Source: Gemmatimonadota bacterium (GTDB lineage: Bacteria; Gemmatimonadota; Gemmatimonadetes; Gemmatimonadales; GWC2-71-9). Taken from it: DNA of 64,000 bases. Below are positions 1-10,406 of this stretch, piece by piece. The stretch is from positions 4,473-68,472 of the forward strand of contig JBDHJM010000002.1 of the NCBI GenBank assembly GCA_039586895.1, in the 5' to 3' direction. The position numbers and the translations under genes are program-made. Numbering within the stretch: the first letter of the stretch is position 1; the number at the start of each line of letters is the position of its first letter. The notes beneath the pieces were generated by a model. The model did not search any database. It saw only the letters and a program-made list of their open reading frames with translations, and had not been told where the DNA came from.

Positions 1-437
1 AGTCCATGGTGGCGTTCTTCAAGGGCCGCGGCTGGCTCTCCCTGCTGGGCGCAGTGGTGCTCACCGGCGTCGCGATGGCCAACAAGCTGGTGTCGGGGTA
101 CGTGGTGCTGCGGGCGCTGGGCATCCAGGCCCAGTTCGTCGACGTGGTCCTGCTGCAGACCCTGATCGTGTTCCTACTCTATTTTGCGCCCACTCCCGGC
201 GGTTCGGGACTCGCCGAGGTCCTGTCGGCGGCCGTGATGTCGATTTACGTGCCGCGGGAGCTGACCCCGTCCTACATCCTTCTGTGGCGCCTCATCGTGA
301 GCTACCTGTCCCTGCTGGTGGGTTCCGTGGTGTTCTGGCGCGTGCTCAAGGAGGTCGAGCGGGGGACCGGCAAGGAGCCGGAAGTGGAATCCCTGCCGGA
401 ACTTGACCGAGTTGCACGCCCTGATGTGGGCAACTAG
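1..437 (+). CDS. C-terminal part (5' end off-window) of a flippase-like / lysyl-phosphatidylglycerol-synthase-TM (UPF0104) family membrane protein
   Basis: Several hydrophobic helices plus a PTPGGSGLAEV motif typical of this family. The reading frame is open to the window edge. Confidence 0.5.
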   Translation, partial: SMVAFFKGRGWLSLLGAVVLTGVAMANKLVSGYVVLRALGIQAQFVDVVLLQTLIVFLLYFAPTPGGSGLAEVLSAAVMSIYVPRELTPSYILLWRLIVSYLSLLVGSVVFWRVLKEVERGTGKEPEVESLPELDRVARPDVGN

Positions 438-475
438 TTTTGGCCGATAGCTCGCAATCCTAAGGAAAAGCCCGA

Positions 476-1939
476 ATGTCGTATCTGCAGGTCGGCGGCC
501 AGCGCCACGCGATTCCCGTGGGTGATGTGGCCATCGGCTCCGACTCATCTTCTCATATCACGCTGACCGGCGACGGCGTCGCCGAGTGCCATGCCATCGT
601 GCAGGGACTCGCCAACGGCCAGGTCGCCATTCGGGCGGCCGGCGACGACGTCGAGGTGCGGGTGAACGGCGTTCGGCTGGGCGCCAACCCGCATCCGCTG
701 CTGCATGGAGACAAAGTGGGCATCGCCGGGCAGGAGCTCCTGTTCGTGGACGAGCGCCGCAGCGGTAGCACCCAGTACGTGCAGGCTATGGACCCCGGCG
801 TGATGGCGGCGGCGGCAAAGCCTGCCGCGCAGCGGGTAGCGACCGCCGCCACGGGCGGGCGCCTGGTCTCGCTCACCGATGGGCGCGAGTACCAGATTGC
901 CGGAAGCTCTATTGCGATCGGTCGCGACGCCAGCTGCGAGATCGTCATCACCAGCAAGAACGTGTCACGGCGGCACGCGGAGGTGCTGACATCGCCCAAG
1001 GGCTACCTCGTGGTGGACAGCAGCACCAACGGCACCATCGTCAACGGCAAGCGGATCGAGGGTCAGTACCTGCTGGCCCGGGGCGACGTGATCCAGTGCG
1101 GCGAGCACGAGTTCCGGTTCTACGCCGACACGGCGCCGGAGCCCGCCGCAGCGGAGCCGCCTGCCGGACCTCTTGCGCCCCCCACGCCGGCACCGGGTGC
1201 CGACTTCAGGCTCGCCAATACGCGGCACGGCGTGCCGCGGGTCGAGATGGCCAAGCCGGAAGCGGCGCCGCCCGAGCCGGCCGAACCGCAGGCAGCGGCC
1301 CCGGCAGCCGACCCGGCGGCTGAGTCCGCTGCCCTGGCCAACCTGGTGGTCCGTTCCGGGCCAATGAAGGGACAGCGCTTCCCGATCAGGGTGCCGGTGG
1401 TCAACGTGGGCCGTGCCGAGTACAACGACATCGCGATCGCCGAGGAGAGCGTTTCTACGACGCATGCCAAGCTGCAGCGGCGCGAAGGCATCTGGGTGCT
1501 GGTCGACCTCGAGTCCACGAACGGCACCATGGTGGACGGGGACCGGGTGGAGGGTGAGGTACCCCTGGCCCCGGGAGCACTGATTCGCTTCGGTGACGTT
1601 CAGACCATCTTCGAGCCGGTCGACGACACCGTGGATGCCAAGAAGGGAAGCTCGACGCGCGTGATCGAGGCCATCCAGGAGACGCGAGGAGTCTCCGGAC
1701 CGCGCGACGCCATGCCCGGTGCGGCAGCACCGGCCGCCGCACCGGACCGTCCCACTGACGGGGCTCCCGCGGTCGAGACGCCTGCGGCCGCCAAGGTGGT
1801 GCAGCGGCTGTCGCAGGAGAGACTGTCGCAGCCGCCGCCGACGCCGGCTCCCGCCAAGAAGGAAGGCGGGGTCCCGTGGTGGCTCTTCTTCGTGATCCTG
1901 CTCGCCATCGTCGCGGTGGCCTTCGTGTTCCTGCGGTAA
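476..1939 (+). CDS. Membrane-anchored protein with three FHA domains
   Basis: Three FHA-like cores: IGSDSSSHITL...GDKVGIAGQELLF, IGRDASCEIVI..VSRRHAEV...STNGTIVNGKRI, and VGRAEYNDIAI..VSTTHAKL...STNGTMVDGDRV. Pro/Ala-rich linkers separate them. A C-terminal TM helix is present (VPWWLFFVILLAIVAVAFVFL). An aaggaaaag SD-like motif lies upstream of the ATG. Confidence 0.85.
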   Translation: MSYLQVGGQRHAIPVGDVAIGSDSSSHITLTGDGVAECHAIVQGLANGQVAIRAAGDDVEVRVNGVRLGANPHPLLHGDKVGIAGQELLFVDERRSGSTQYVQAMDPGVMAAAAKPAAQRVATAATGGRLVSLTDGREYQIAGSSIAIGRDASCEIVITSKNVSRRHAEVLTSPKGYLVVDSSTNGTIVNGKRIEGQYLLARGDVIQCGEHEFRFYADTAPEPAAAEPPAGPLAPPTPAPGADFRLANTRHGVPRVEMAKPEAAPPEPAEPQAAAPAADPAAESAALANLVVRSGPMKGQRFPIRVPVVNVGRAEYNDIAIAEESVSTTHAKLQRREGIWVLVDLESTNGTMVDGDRVEGEVPLAPGALIRFGDVQTIFEPVDDTVDAKKGSSTRVIEAIQETRGVSGPRDAMPGAAAPAAAPDRPTDGAPAVETPAAAKVVQRLSQERLSQPPPTPAPAKKEGGVPWWLFFVILLAIVAVAFVFLR

Positions 1940-1940
1940 C

Positions 1941-2708
1941 GTGCCCCACACCGTCCGCTTCACGTGCGCCGGACGCACCGACGTCGGCGTTGTCCGATCG
2001 GGCAACGAGGACGCTTACCTGCTGATCCCCGATCACGGCGTGTTCATCGTGGCCGACGGGATGGGCGGCCATGCCGCGGGCGAGGTGGCGAGCGACATGG
2101 CAGTGCAGATAGTGGGTAAGGCCCTCGAGGGCGTGGCCGGGCGCCCCGATACGGAAGCGGCCGATATCATCAAGCAGTCGATCGTGGAGGCCAACGGCGC
2201 TATCTTCCAGCGCACGCTGGTGGAGCAGGACAAGCGGGGCATGGGCACCACCGCCACCGCCATGGTGATCAACGGTCCGCGTTATCTCATCGGCCAGGTC
2301 GGCGACAGCCGCGCGTACGTGCTGCGCGAACACAAGCTGTTCCAGATCACGAAGGACCATTCCTACGTGCAGGAGCAGGTCGATGCCGGGTACCTGACCC
2401 CCGACCAGGCCCGCACCCATCCCTACAGCAACGTCATCACCCGGTGTGTGGGCGCCAACAGCCACGTGGCGCCCGACATCTACGTGGGGGCACTCAAGTC
2501 CAGCGACATCTACCTGCTCGCGTCGGACGGACTCACCGGGATGCTGGAGGACAGCGAGCTGCTGACGGTCATGGCTTCGGGCCGCTCCCCGGCGGAACTG
2601 GTGGACTCGCTCGTGGCCGAAGCGAACCGGCGGGGCGGTCTCGACAACGTCACCGTGATCATCATCCGGATCGACAGCGTCGAGAACAACGGCGACGCCA
2701 GGGCGTGA
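1941..2708 (+). CDS. PP2C-family Ser/Thr protein phosphatase (Stp/PstP-like)
   Basis: RTDVG..R..NED, ADGMGGHAAGEVAS, LLASDGL and GGLDNVT motifs. The GTG start lies 2 nt after the FHA gene stop. Confidence 0.9.
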   Translation: MPHTVRFTCAGRTDVGVVRSGNEDAYLLIPDHGVFIVADGMGGHAAGEVASDMAVQIVGKALEGVAGRPDTEAADIIKQSIVEANGAIFQRTLVEQDKRGMGTTATAMVINGPRYLIGQVGDSRAYVLREHKLFQITKDHSYVQEQVDAGYLTPDQARTHPYSNVITRCVGANSHVAPDIYVGALKSSDIYLLASDGLTGMLEDSELLTVMASGRSPAELVDSLVAEANRRGGLDNVTVIIIRIDSVENNGDARA

Positions 2709-2902
2709 CGGCAGGTCCCAACCCTGCAGCGCTCGGCCCGCTCGTGGCCGAGCATCTCCCCACGATTCTCTACGCTCTGGAGCTGTGCGCTCTGCAGATG
2801 GAGGGTGACGGCCGCCAGGAAGAGGCCGACTACTACCGCGAGCTCGCGCGCCGCATGTCCGATGCCGGCGGGACTCCCCAGCCGGCCGCGGAGAGTCCTT
2901 AG
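2705..2902 (+). CDS. Hypothetical 65-aa protein, translationally coupled to the PP2C gene
   Basis: The GTG at 2705 overlaps the PP2C TGA (GTGA). It fills an otherwise empty 190-nt gap in a genome with almost no intergenic space. Codons are GC3-rich and the sequence is predicted helical (LPTILYALELCALQMEG...YYRELARRM). I recognise no family. Confidence 0.35.
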   Translation: MTAGPNPAALGPLVAEHLPTILYALELCALQMEGDGRQEEADYYRELARRMSDAGGTPQPAAESP

Positions 2903-4191
2903 CGCTTCTTCAGAAGAGCCGCGCCCGACTCCAGCCCGTCCCGGACTTCCCCCGCGCTGCGCTGTACCAGCGCCAGCACCGCCCGTTCGTCCACCGCCAC
3001 CGGGCGCGCTACGAACACGCGGAGTCGGCGGGCGCTCATGTGCAGTTCTTCCGCCACCTGCTGTATGCCCAGCCAATCGGCACTCTCCACTCCGCCCAGG
3101 GTGGTTGTGCCGCCGTCGCGTCTGAGCAGGGGCAGATCCACGGCTAGCATCTCGGGCTTCGCCGGGAAGTCGAGCAGGATCTCGCCGGACGCCACGCCTA
3201 GCTCGTCGGCGAGGCGGTCCTCGACCCCGGCTGCGAGGTCGGGCTCTCCGGCAATCCAGTCGCCGCGGCCGCGCGGCACCTCGGACGCGCGCACGTCCAG
3301 CGCCCGCTTGTAGAGCTGGCGGCGCTGCAGCCGGGACGCCAGGTCGGTATTGCTCATTCCGCGCACCGCCTCCATCAGTCCCTCGTCGGTACTGTGCGCT
3401 ATCCACAGCGGGTCGAGGTCACCCTGGGCCGTGGCGGACCGCACCAGCCGCTTGAACATGGCGGTGGCGCTCCGTACCGCGTGGTGCCAGTACACGTTGC
3501 GGTACATCTGATACTTGGCGAACAGCAGGGATTCGAGGGCGCTCACGCCCTTTTCGTGCACGCCGACAGTGCGGCCGCCGCCGGGGCCGGCCGTGAGAGT
3601 GAGCGAGTGGATCAGGCGGTCCACGTCGACCGTCCCGTACGGCACGCCGCACATCCGTGCGTCGCGGTTGAGGTATTCGATCTTGTCGAGATCCAGCGAT
3701 CCCGACACTAGGCCCTGCAGCGGGTTGTCGCTGCGACCGCGTATCAGCTCCTCGATACGCCGCTCGACCTCCGGAACGCCGAAGGCATCGAGTGCCGCCG
3801 CCAGTTCGGGCTGGCGCAGGCGCTCGGCCGCGATGCTCTCGTGCGAGGGCAGCCCCGCCTCCTCGAGGGCGTGCGAGAAGGGATAGTGCCCGATGTCATG
3901 CAGCAGCGCAGCAAGCCGCACCAGCGAGATGGACTGATCGGGCAACTCGTCCAGCTCGCCGCGCTCCCCAAGCATGGCGAGCGCGCGGCGCGTCAGGTGG
4001 TAAGTGCCGAGGGCGTGCTCGAAGCGGGAGTGCGTGGCGCCCGGGTACACGAGGTACGCGTGCCCGAGCTGCCGCACATAGCGCAGCCGCTGGAAAGGCG
4101 CGCTGTCCACGACGGCGAGCGCGGCAGCGTCGACCCTGATGTTGTTCCAGAGAGGGTCCCGGATGACCTCGAAGTTACCCGTGACCGCCAT
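2899..4191 (-). CDS. HD-domain phosphohydrolase of the SAMHD1/EF1143-like (COG1078) dNTP triphosphohydrolase type
   Basis: Motifs: FQRLRYVRQLG, THSRFEHALGTYHL, LLHDIGHYPFSH, DLDKIEYLNRD. Confidence 0.8.
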   Translation of the reverse strand: MAVTGNFEVIRDPLWNNIRVDAAALAVVDSAPFQRLRYVRQLGHAYLVYPGATHSRFEHALGTYHLTRRALAMLGERGELDELPDQSISLVRLAALLHDIGHYPFSHALEEAGLPSHESIAAERLRQPELAAALDAFGVPEVERRIEELIRGRSDNPLQGLVSGSLDLDKIEYLNRDARMCGVPYGTVDVDRLIHSLTLTAGPGGGRTVGVHEKGVSALESLLFAKYQMYRNVYWHHAVRSATAMFKRLVRSATAQGDLDPLWIAHSTDEGLMEAVRGMSNTDLASRLQRRQLYKRALDVRASEVPRGRGDWIAGEPDLAAGVEDRLADELGVASGEILLDFPAKPEMLAVDLPLLRRDGGTTTLGGVESADWLGIQQVAEELHMSARRLRVFVARPVAVDERAVLALVQRSAGEVRDGLESGAALLKKR

Positions 4192-4203
4192 GGATGGACC
4201 CGA

Positions 4204-5790
<1,587 letters not shown>

Positions 5791-5812
5791 GGGGCCGGAG
5801 AATGTAACACCC

Positions 5813-6460
5813 TTACGGGCGGTAGGGCAGGATGTCGGATACCGAGTGGTACAGCAGCTGGGCCGTGGAGCGGTCGGAGCGGCTCGGCTCGCGCGCCACG
5901 ACGGGAATCGCCATCAAGTCGCCGGCGTTGGGGCTGTGGGCGAATATCCCCAGCGCGTGCCCGATCTCGTGCGCCACGACCCGCTGGAGGCAGTTGGCGA
6001 TGTCGGTGGGGTCCGCCGAAAACCAGCGCACACTGATCGTTATGGGTTCGGGGAAGCGGAGCCTGCCTTCGACATCCCTCTGGGGCAGCGGTATCGTGGT
6101 CGTGCCGGTGCAAACCTGCTGGGGCGGGTCGTCGGTGAGGGGCGCGTCCGGCGGGGCTTCGTCCAGGTAGCTGACCAGTATGTCGGCCGCGAGCGAGTCC
6201 GACACCAGCTCGCCCCAGAACTCGCCGTACAGGAACTGGCGGGCCCATGAGACCATCCCGGTCGTCACGTACTCCGGCAGGGCGCCGGAGGGCTCGACCC
6301 AGAACCGCACCGGCAGATCGTCGCTGGGCCAGCGGAACACCGGGTCTGCGGGTGAGAGCCTGAATTCGTACGGCTGCGCCCGGCTCGGCACCTCCGGATC
6401 CTGGCAACCCGCCAGGGCGCCCAGGAGCAGGACCGCCGCCACGACGTTAGGGCTTCGCAT
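5813..6460 (-). CDS. Metzincin (matrixin-like) zinc metalloprotease lipoprotein
   Basis: Lipobox [21 protein letters not shown] matches HExxHxxGxxH and is followed by a DLM Met-turn candidate. The start overlaps the upstream OMP gene by 14 nt. Confidence 0.75.
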   Translation of the reverse strand: MRSPNVVAAVLLLGALAGCQDPEVPSRAQPYEFRLSPADPVFRWPSDDLPVRFWVEPSGALPEYVTTGMVSWARQFLYGEFWGELVSDSLAADILVSYLDEAPPDAPLTDDPPQQVCTGTTTIPLPQRDVEGRLRFPEPITISVRWFSADPTDIANCLQRVVAHEIGHALGIFAHSPNAGDLMAIPVVAREPSRSDRSTAQLLYHSVSDILPYRP

Positions 6461-7070
6461 TGCTCCACCTCAGGACTGCGGCGAGTGAAACGCGGTGGGC
6501 GATGCGGGTCTCGAAGCCTTCTTCGCTCAGCGCCTGTGTCGAGAACCCGTGCATGCTCCACCCCAGATCGAGCCCGACCCTCAGGCTGCCGCTAAGAGGG
6601 TACTCGGCCCGGGCGCCGAGGGCGACCGCGGGCCGCAGCGGCTGGTCGTCACGAAACATCGTGGACTCGCGTCCCTCCTCGGAGGGGTCGTACTTCAGAG
6701 CGCCGATTCCCGCCTGAACCAGTGCGTGCCCGTGCAGGCGCCAACGCAGTGTGATGAACCCGGTCCAAACCGTGAGCGGGATTATCGTGCGGCTGGAGTC
6801 GGCCTGCTTCATCTTGAGGTCGCTGCGGGCCCAGCGCACGTCCAGCGCCACTTCGTACTTGGGTCCCAGGGGGGTGCCCAGCGCCAGGCCCAGAGACGGC
6901 GCGATTGCAGGCTGGGCCGTGAACTCGTCCACGATGAGGTCGCTCACCAGCACGGAGCTCCAGTCGGCTCCGATGCGGAACTCGGCAAGCACCTGGGCCC
7001 GGCACGGTGCAGCCGCAGTGAGCGCCGCAAGCGAAGCCGCCAGGATCAGCGTGCGCCGCCCTGCGCTCAC
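6447..7070 (-). CDS. Small outer-membrane beta-barrel protein (OmpW/OMP_b-brl-like)
   Basis: The GTG at 7070 lies 1 nt after the permease stop. Signal peptide RRTLILAASLAALTAAAPCRAQ. Alternating amphipathic strands rich in G/R/W/Y. The longer ORF in the track would overlap the permease gene. Confidence 0.5.
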   Translation of the reverse strand: MSAGRRTLILAASLAALTAAAPCRAQVLAEFRIGADWSSVLVSDLIVDEFTAQPAIAPSLGLALGTPLGPKYEVALDVRWARSDLKMKQADSSRTIIPLTVWTGFITLRWRLHGHALVQAGIGALKYDPSEEGRESTMFRDDQPLRPAVALGARAEYPLSGSLRVGLDLGWSMHGFSTQALSEEGFETRIAHRVSLAAVLRWSNAKP

Positions 7071-7071
7071 G

Positions 7072-7971
7072 CTATGCCTCCCCTTCCGGCTTTGGCATGC
7101 GCTGGTCCCAGGTCTCGCTGGTCCGGTCCGCATGCAGCCGCGGCTGCAGCACCCGGCGCAGCCCGAACGCGACGAGCAGTGCCACCGCAAAGGCGCACAC
7201 GACCATAGGTCCCGTGGGCATGTCGGTGACGTACGACGCGTACAGGCCCGCGACCGTGGCGAGCGTGCCGGAAGACCAGGCGATCGCCAGCAGGCCACTC
7301 GTCTTGTATGTGAAGAGGAAAGCGATCACGGCCGGGATCACCAGAAAGCTGAACACGACGAGGACGCCCGCGATGGCCACGGACGAGGTGACGACGACTC
7401 CGAACAGAGCGTAGAACAGGAAATCCCACTTCCGCACGGACCACCCCTTCGCCACGGCATCCTGCGGCCGCAGTGAAATGGTCAGGAACCGGTCGCGCAG
7501 CATCCAGTGCACCGCCCCCAAAAGCACGTAGATAACCGCCGTCTTCAGGATCTCGGGCCACGTCACCCAGAGCAGGCTGCCGGTGAGCAGGTCCTCGACG
7601 TGCTCGGAACCGCGCGGCGCCTGCGCTGCGAGCAGTATCGTGCCTGCCGTCGCCACGACGTACACGATGCCGATGATGGCTTCCTGGGGAACGTATGCAT
7701 GCTCCATGCGGGAGACGCTGAACAGAGCGGCCGCCACGAGAGTCGCCGCGAGACCGATCAGGTAGCCCGCCGTCATTTCCGAAATCCCCAGGATGCCGCC
7801 CAGCTCGTGCCCCAGCCCGAGGCCGGCCGCCGCCCAGCCCATCGCGGCCACCTGTGCGAGCGCGAGGTCCACGAAGATGACTCCCCGCGCGATGATGTGG
7901 ATCCCCAGGTAGCCGTGGATACCTACGAGAATCAGGGCGGCCACCAGGGCCGGCAGCATCAGTTCGAGCAT
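7072..7971 (-). CDS. Metal (Zn/Mn/Fe) ABC importer permease, ABC-3/ZnuB family
   Basis: Polytopic membrane protein with the typical ABC-3 N-terminus MLELMLPALVAALILVGIHGYLGIHII.RG..F..LALAQ. ATGA overlap with the binding-protein gene. Confidence 0.85.
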   Translation of the reverse strand: MLELMLPALVAALILVGIHGYLGIHIIARGVIFVDLALAQVAAMGWAAAGLGLGHELGGILGISEMTAGYLIGLAATLVAAALFSVSRMEHAYVPQEAIIGIVYVVATAGTILLAAQAPRGSEHVEDLLTGSLLWVTWPEILKTAVIYVLLGAVHWMLRDRFLTISLRPQDAVAKGWSVRKWDFLFYALFGVVVTSSVAIAGVLVVFSFLVIPAVIAFLFTYKTSGLLAIAWSSGTLATVAGLYASYVTDMPTGPMVVCAFAVALLVAFGLRRVLQPRLHADRTSETWDQRMPKPEGEA

Positions 7972-9044
7972 CAGGGATGTGCGCTCCGCTCCGCGAACGC
8001 ACGGGCCAGCCGTTCCACCCAGGTGTCTACGAGCGCGAAGTAGTCGTTGACGCCTTCCTCCCCGTCCACGTGCTCCGGCACCATGAGCGCGGTCGCTCCG
8101 GTACGTGAGGCCACCCTCTCGACCTGGCGCCGGCTGAAGTAGTTGGCTGCAAACAGCACCGAAATGTTCTCTCTGTCAATGAATTCGATGACAGCGTTCA
8201 CGTGGTTTGGAGACGGTGGAATGCCCGGGCGCGGCTCCACGTACATGGCGCATTCGATCTGAAACCGGTCGCTGAAGTAGGCCCAGTTGCGATGGTAGCA
8301 TACCATGCGCCGGTTGCGGAACGGTGCGCCTTGCTCGAGCCATCCGCCTATGTACTCCTCGAGGAGCCTGCCCTGGTAGCTCTGGGACGTGACGAATTCC
8401 CAGAACGTGCCGGCACGCGCCATGTTGACGAGGGCGTCGGTGCCGAGCATGTCGACCAGCTGATCGCCGAACAGGCGCCGAGCCACCCGCTCCTCGAACG
8501 AGCGGAGGTTGGAGTCGTACTCGGCGGCGCGCTCCGGGTCGACCCGTTTGAGCCCCGCTGCGATGTTGCGCGCGATGGCGATGCCGTTCACGGGGTCCGT
8601 GTGGATGTGCGGGTTGCCGAACACGTGCACGTCGCCCCCGGCTCGCGACACGTCCTCGGGAACCTGGAGCAGCTGGATGCCCGCGTAGGCGGCCACCTGT
8701 CCCGGGGCACCGTCCACCACCCGGGGGTTGCTCGCCCTGTCCAGGATGGCCGGCACCCACAGCTCGAGGTCGAGCCCCGTGAGCACGAACAGGTCGGCCT
8801 GCTGCACCGCCGCCGCGAAGCTCGGACGGGGGTTCACGAAATGGGGATCCTGATCGCCGCGTGCGATGGCCTGCACCTCGGCGAACTCGCCCGCAACCTC
8901 TCGGGCGATCGCGGCATAGGTCGGCAGCGTGGTCACGACCTTGAGCCGCTCCTGAGCCGTGCCCGGCACTGCGCAAAGCACGAGTGCGGCGAGGGCCGCA
9001 ATACCGCGGAGCGGCACGTGGTGATTCCTGCCGGTATGCCTCAT
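7971..9044 (-). CDS. Metal ABC importer substrate-binding protein (ZnuA/TroA cluster-9 family)
   Basis: The ATG at 9044 gives a signal peptide (GIAALAALVLCAVPGTAQE). Motifs: KVVTTLPTY, DLELW, HVFGNPHIHTDP. The upstream part of the listed ORF has no family signal. Confidence 0.85.
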   Translation of the reverse strand: MRHTGRNHHVPLRGIAALAALVLCAVPGTAQERLKVVTTLPTYAAIAREVAGEFAEVQAIARGDQDPHFVNPRPSFAAAVQQADLFVLTGLDLELWVPAILDRASNPRVVDGAPGQVAAYAGIQLLQVPEDVSRAGGDVHVFGNPHIHTDPVNGIAIARNIAAGLKRVDPERAAEYDSNLRSFEERVARRLFGDQLVDMLGTDALVNMARAGTFWEFVTSQSYQGRLLEEYIGGWLEQGAPFRNRRMVCYHRNWAYFSDRFQIECAMYVEPRPGIPPSPNHVNAVIEFIDRENISVLFAANYFSRRQVERVASRTGATALMVPEHVDGEEGVNDYFALVDTWVERLARAFAERSAHP

Positions 9045-9064
9045 CGGGTAATCCCTCGTCACGC

Positions 9065-10366
9065 TCAGTAGTTTTCGTGCCGGTGCGGCCCGATGGCCCA
9101 CACGAACTGCAGCATGAGTGTGTGGTTGCCCCCTGCGCTCGCCGGCTTGAGATAGTTGTACTGCAGACGCAGCCGTACCCACTCGCTCTGCCACCAGCTG
9201 ATGGTAGGCACGAGCTGCACGTAGTAGGGGCTTTCCTCCACGCCGTCGAGGTAATCTGCCCGCAGGCCGAACACCCAGCGGCGCCCGGCCCGGTAGTTGG
9301 CCTGGGCCCATCCGCCCCGCTGCCACGGCCCGATGCCGCTCAATGTCTGCTTCTTCCAGTACCACTCACCCCTCAGCTGGAAGTCCTGGTACAGCAGGCG
9401 CCCCGGCGGCGCCCAGCGGAACGTGAAATCGAGTTCCCACAGCGTGGTCTCGAGCGTGTCCGCGCCGCTCTGGCCGTACACTCCGGTACCCCCGATCTGC
9501 AGGTAAGTGCTTGGACTCAGGTCCCAGAAGCTGGTGACCCGACCCAGGAAGCTCGGCTCGCCGCTGCCCGCGAACAGTGCGTCGTTGGTCCCGGCGGTCA
9601 GCTCGAAGAAGGCCGTGTTGGTGGTGGGACCCACGCGCAGGGCAGGGGATACGAGGTTGAGCCCGGTCTGGATCAGGCCGTCTTCCCCCAGCAGCACAAC
9701 CGAAGGCAGGGGCCGGTCCACCTCGAACAGGGCGTGCGTGTGCCACCGATTGAAGTTGCCGAGTTCCTGCCGGAACTTGCCGACCTTGAGGCCGACGTTG
9801 GCCGGCAGGCCCACCCAGTAGAGGTAGCCCTCCTCCAGACCGAAGCCGCCGTGACCGTCCTCCTCCCCCTCCTCCTCCTCGGGGAAACCCGCAATGGGGA
9901 TTTCCTCCTCGTAGGTCACGAAGACCTTGGTACGGGTGTACGGATCGACGGCGGCCTGGAACGAGAACTCGAACTCGCGCGGCACGGCGCCGAACGTCCC
10001 GTCCGCACCCTCGGGGGCCGCGTAGTAGCCGACCACGTCGCCGGTCACGCTGAGTTCCGGGTTGAGGATGCTCAGGTCGCGGCTGCGGCTCTGCTGGGCG
10101 GTGGTGTCCTGCTCGCCGCCTGCACCGGCCGCCTGAGCCGCGGCGCGCAGCGCGGCCAGCTCGTCGGACACCTCGGTGGTGTCCTGGCCCTGGCGGACGA
10201 GCCGCTCCAGCACGGCCTGCAGTGAGTCGAGCCGCGCCTTGAGGCGCTCGATCTCCTTCTCCAGCGAGTCGGCTTTGGCGGGCTCCTGCGCCGAGAGCGG
10301 AGCGGGAGCGGCTGCCGCTGTGGCAAGGCACAGCGCGACGATGGAAAGCAGGCGGGTTGGTTGCAT
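9065..10366 (-). CDS. Outer-membrane beta-barrel protein (putative porin) with N-terminal coiled coil
   Basis: The ATG at 10366 gives signal peptide MQPTRLLSIVALCLATAAAAPAPLSAQ. Next comes a heptad-like segment LEKEIERLKARLDSLQAVLERL, then about 350 aa of alternating beta-strand pattern. The protein ends in an aromatic residue (..HENY). Confidence 0.55.
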   Translation of the reverse strand: MQPTRLLSIVALCLATAAAAPAPLSAQEPAKADSLEKEIERLKARLDSLQAVLERLVRQGQDTTEVSDELAALRAAAQAAGAGGEQDTTAQQSRSRDLSILNPELSVTGDVVGYYAAPEGADGTFGAVPREFEFSFQAAVDPYTRTKVFVTYEEEIPIAGFPEEEEGEEDGHGGFGLEEGYLYWVGLPANVGLKVGKFRQELGNFNRWHTHALFEVDRPLPSVVLLGEDGLIQTGLNLVSPALRVGPTTNTAFFELTAGTNDALFAGSGEPSFLGRVTSFWDLSPSTYLQIGGTGVYGQSGADTLETTLWELDFTFRWAPPGRLLYQDFQLRGEWYWKKQTLSGIGPWQRGGWAQANYRAGRRWVFGLRADYLDGVEESPYYVQLVPTISWWQSEWVRLRLQYNYLKPASAGGNHTLMLQFVWAIGPHRHENY

Positions 10367-10406
10367 GCGCCGGGAATTATAACACTCAGCGGTGCAAAGG
10401 GTTCCG

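Noticed and set aside
10367-10406. Possible Zur/Fur-type box in the AT-richer stretch ggaattataacactc upstream of the porin gene
   Set aside because: There is only a partial, non-palindromic resemblance (tataac). The spacer is just 40 nt and directly follows the phosphatase stop. This is insufficient evidence without a genome-wide motif model.
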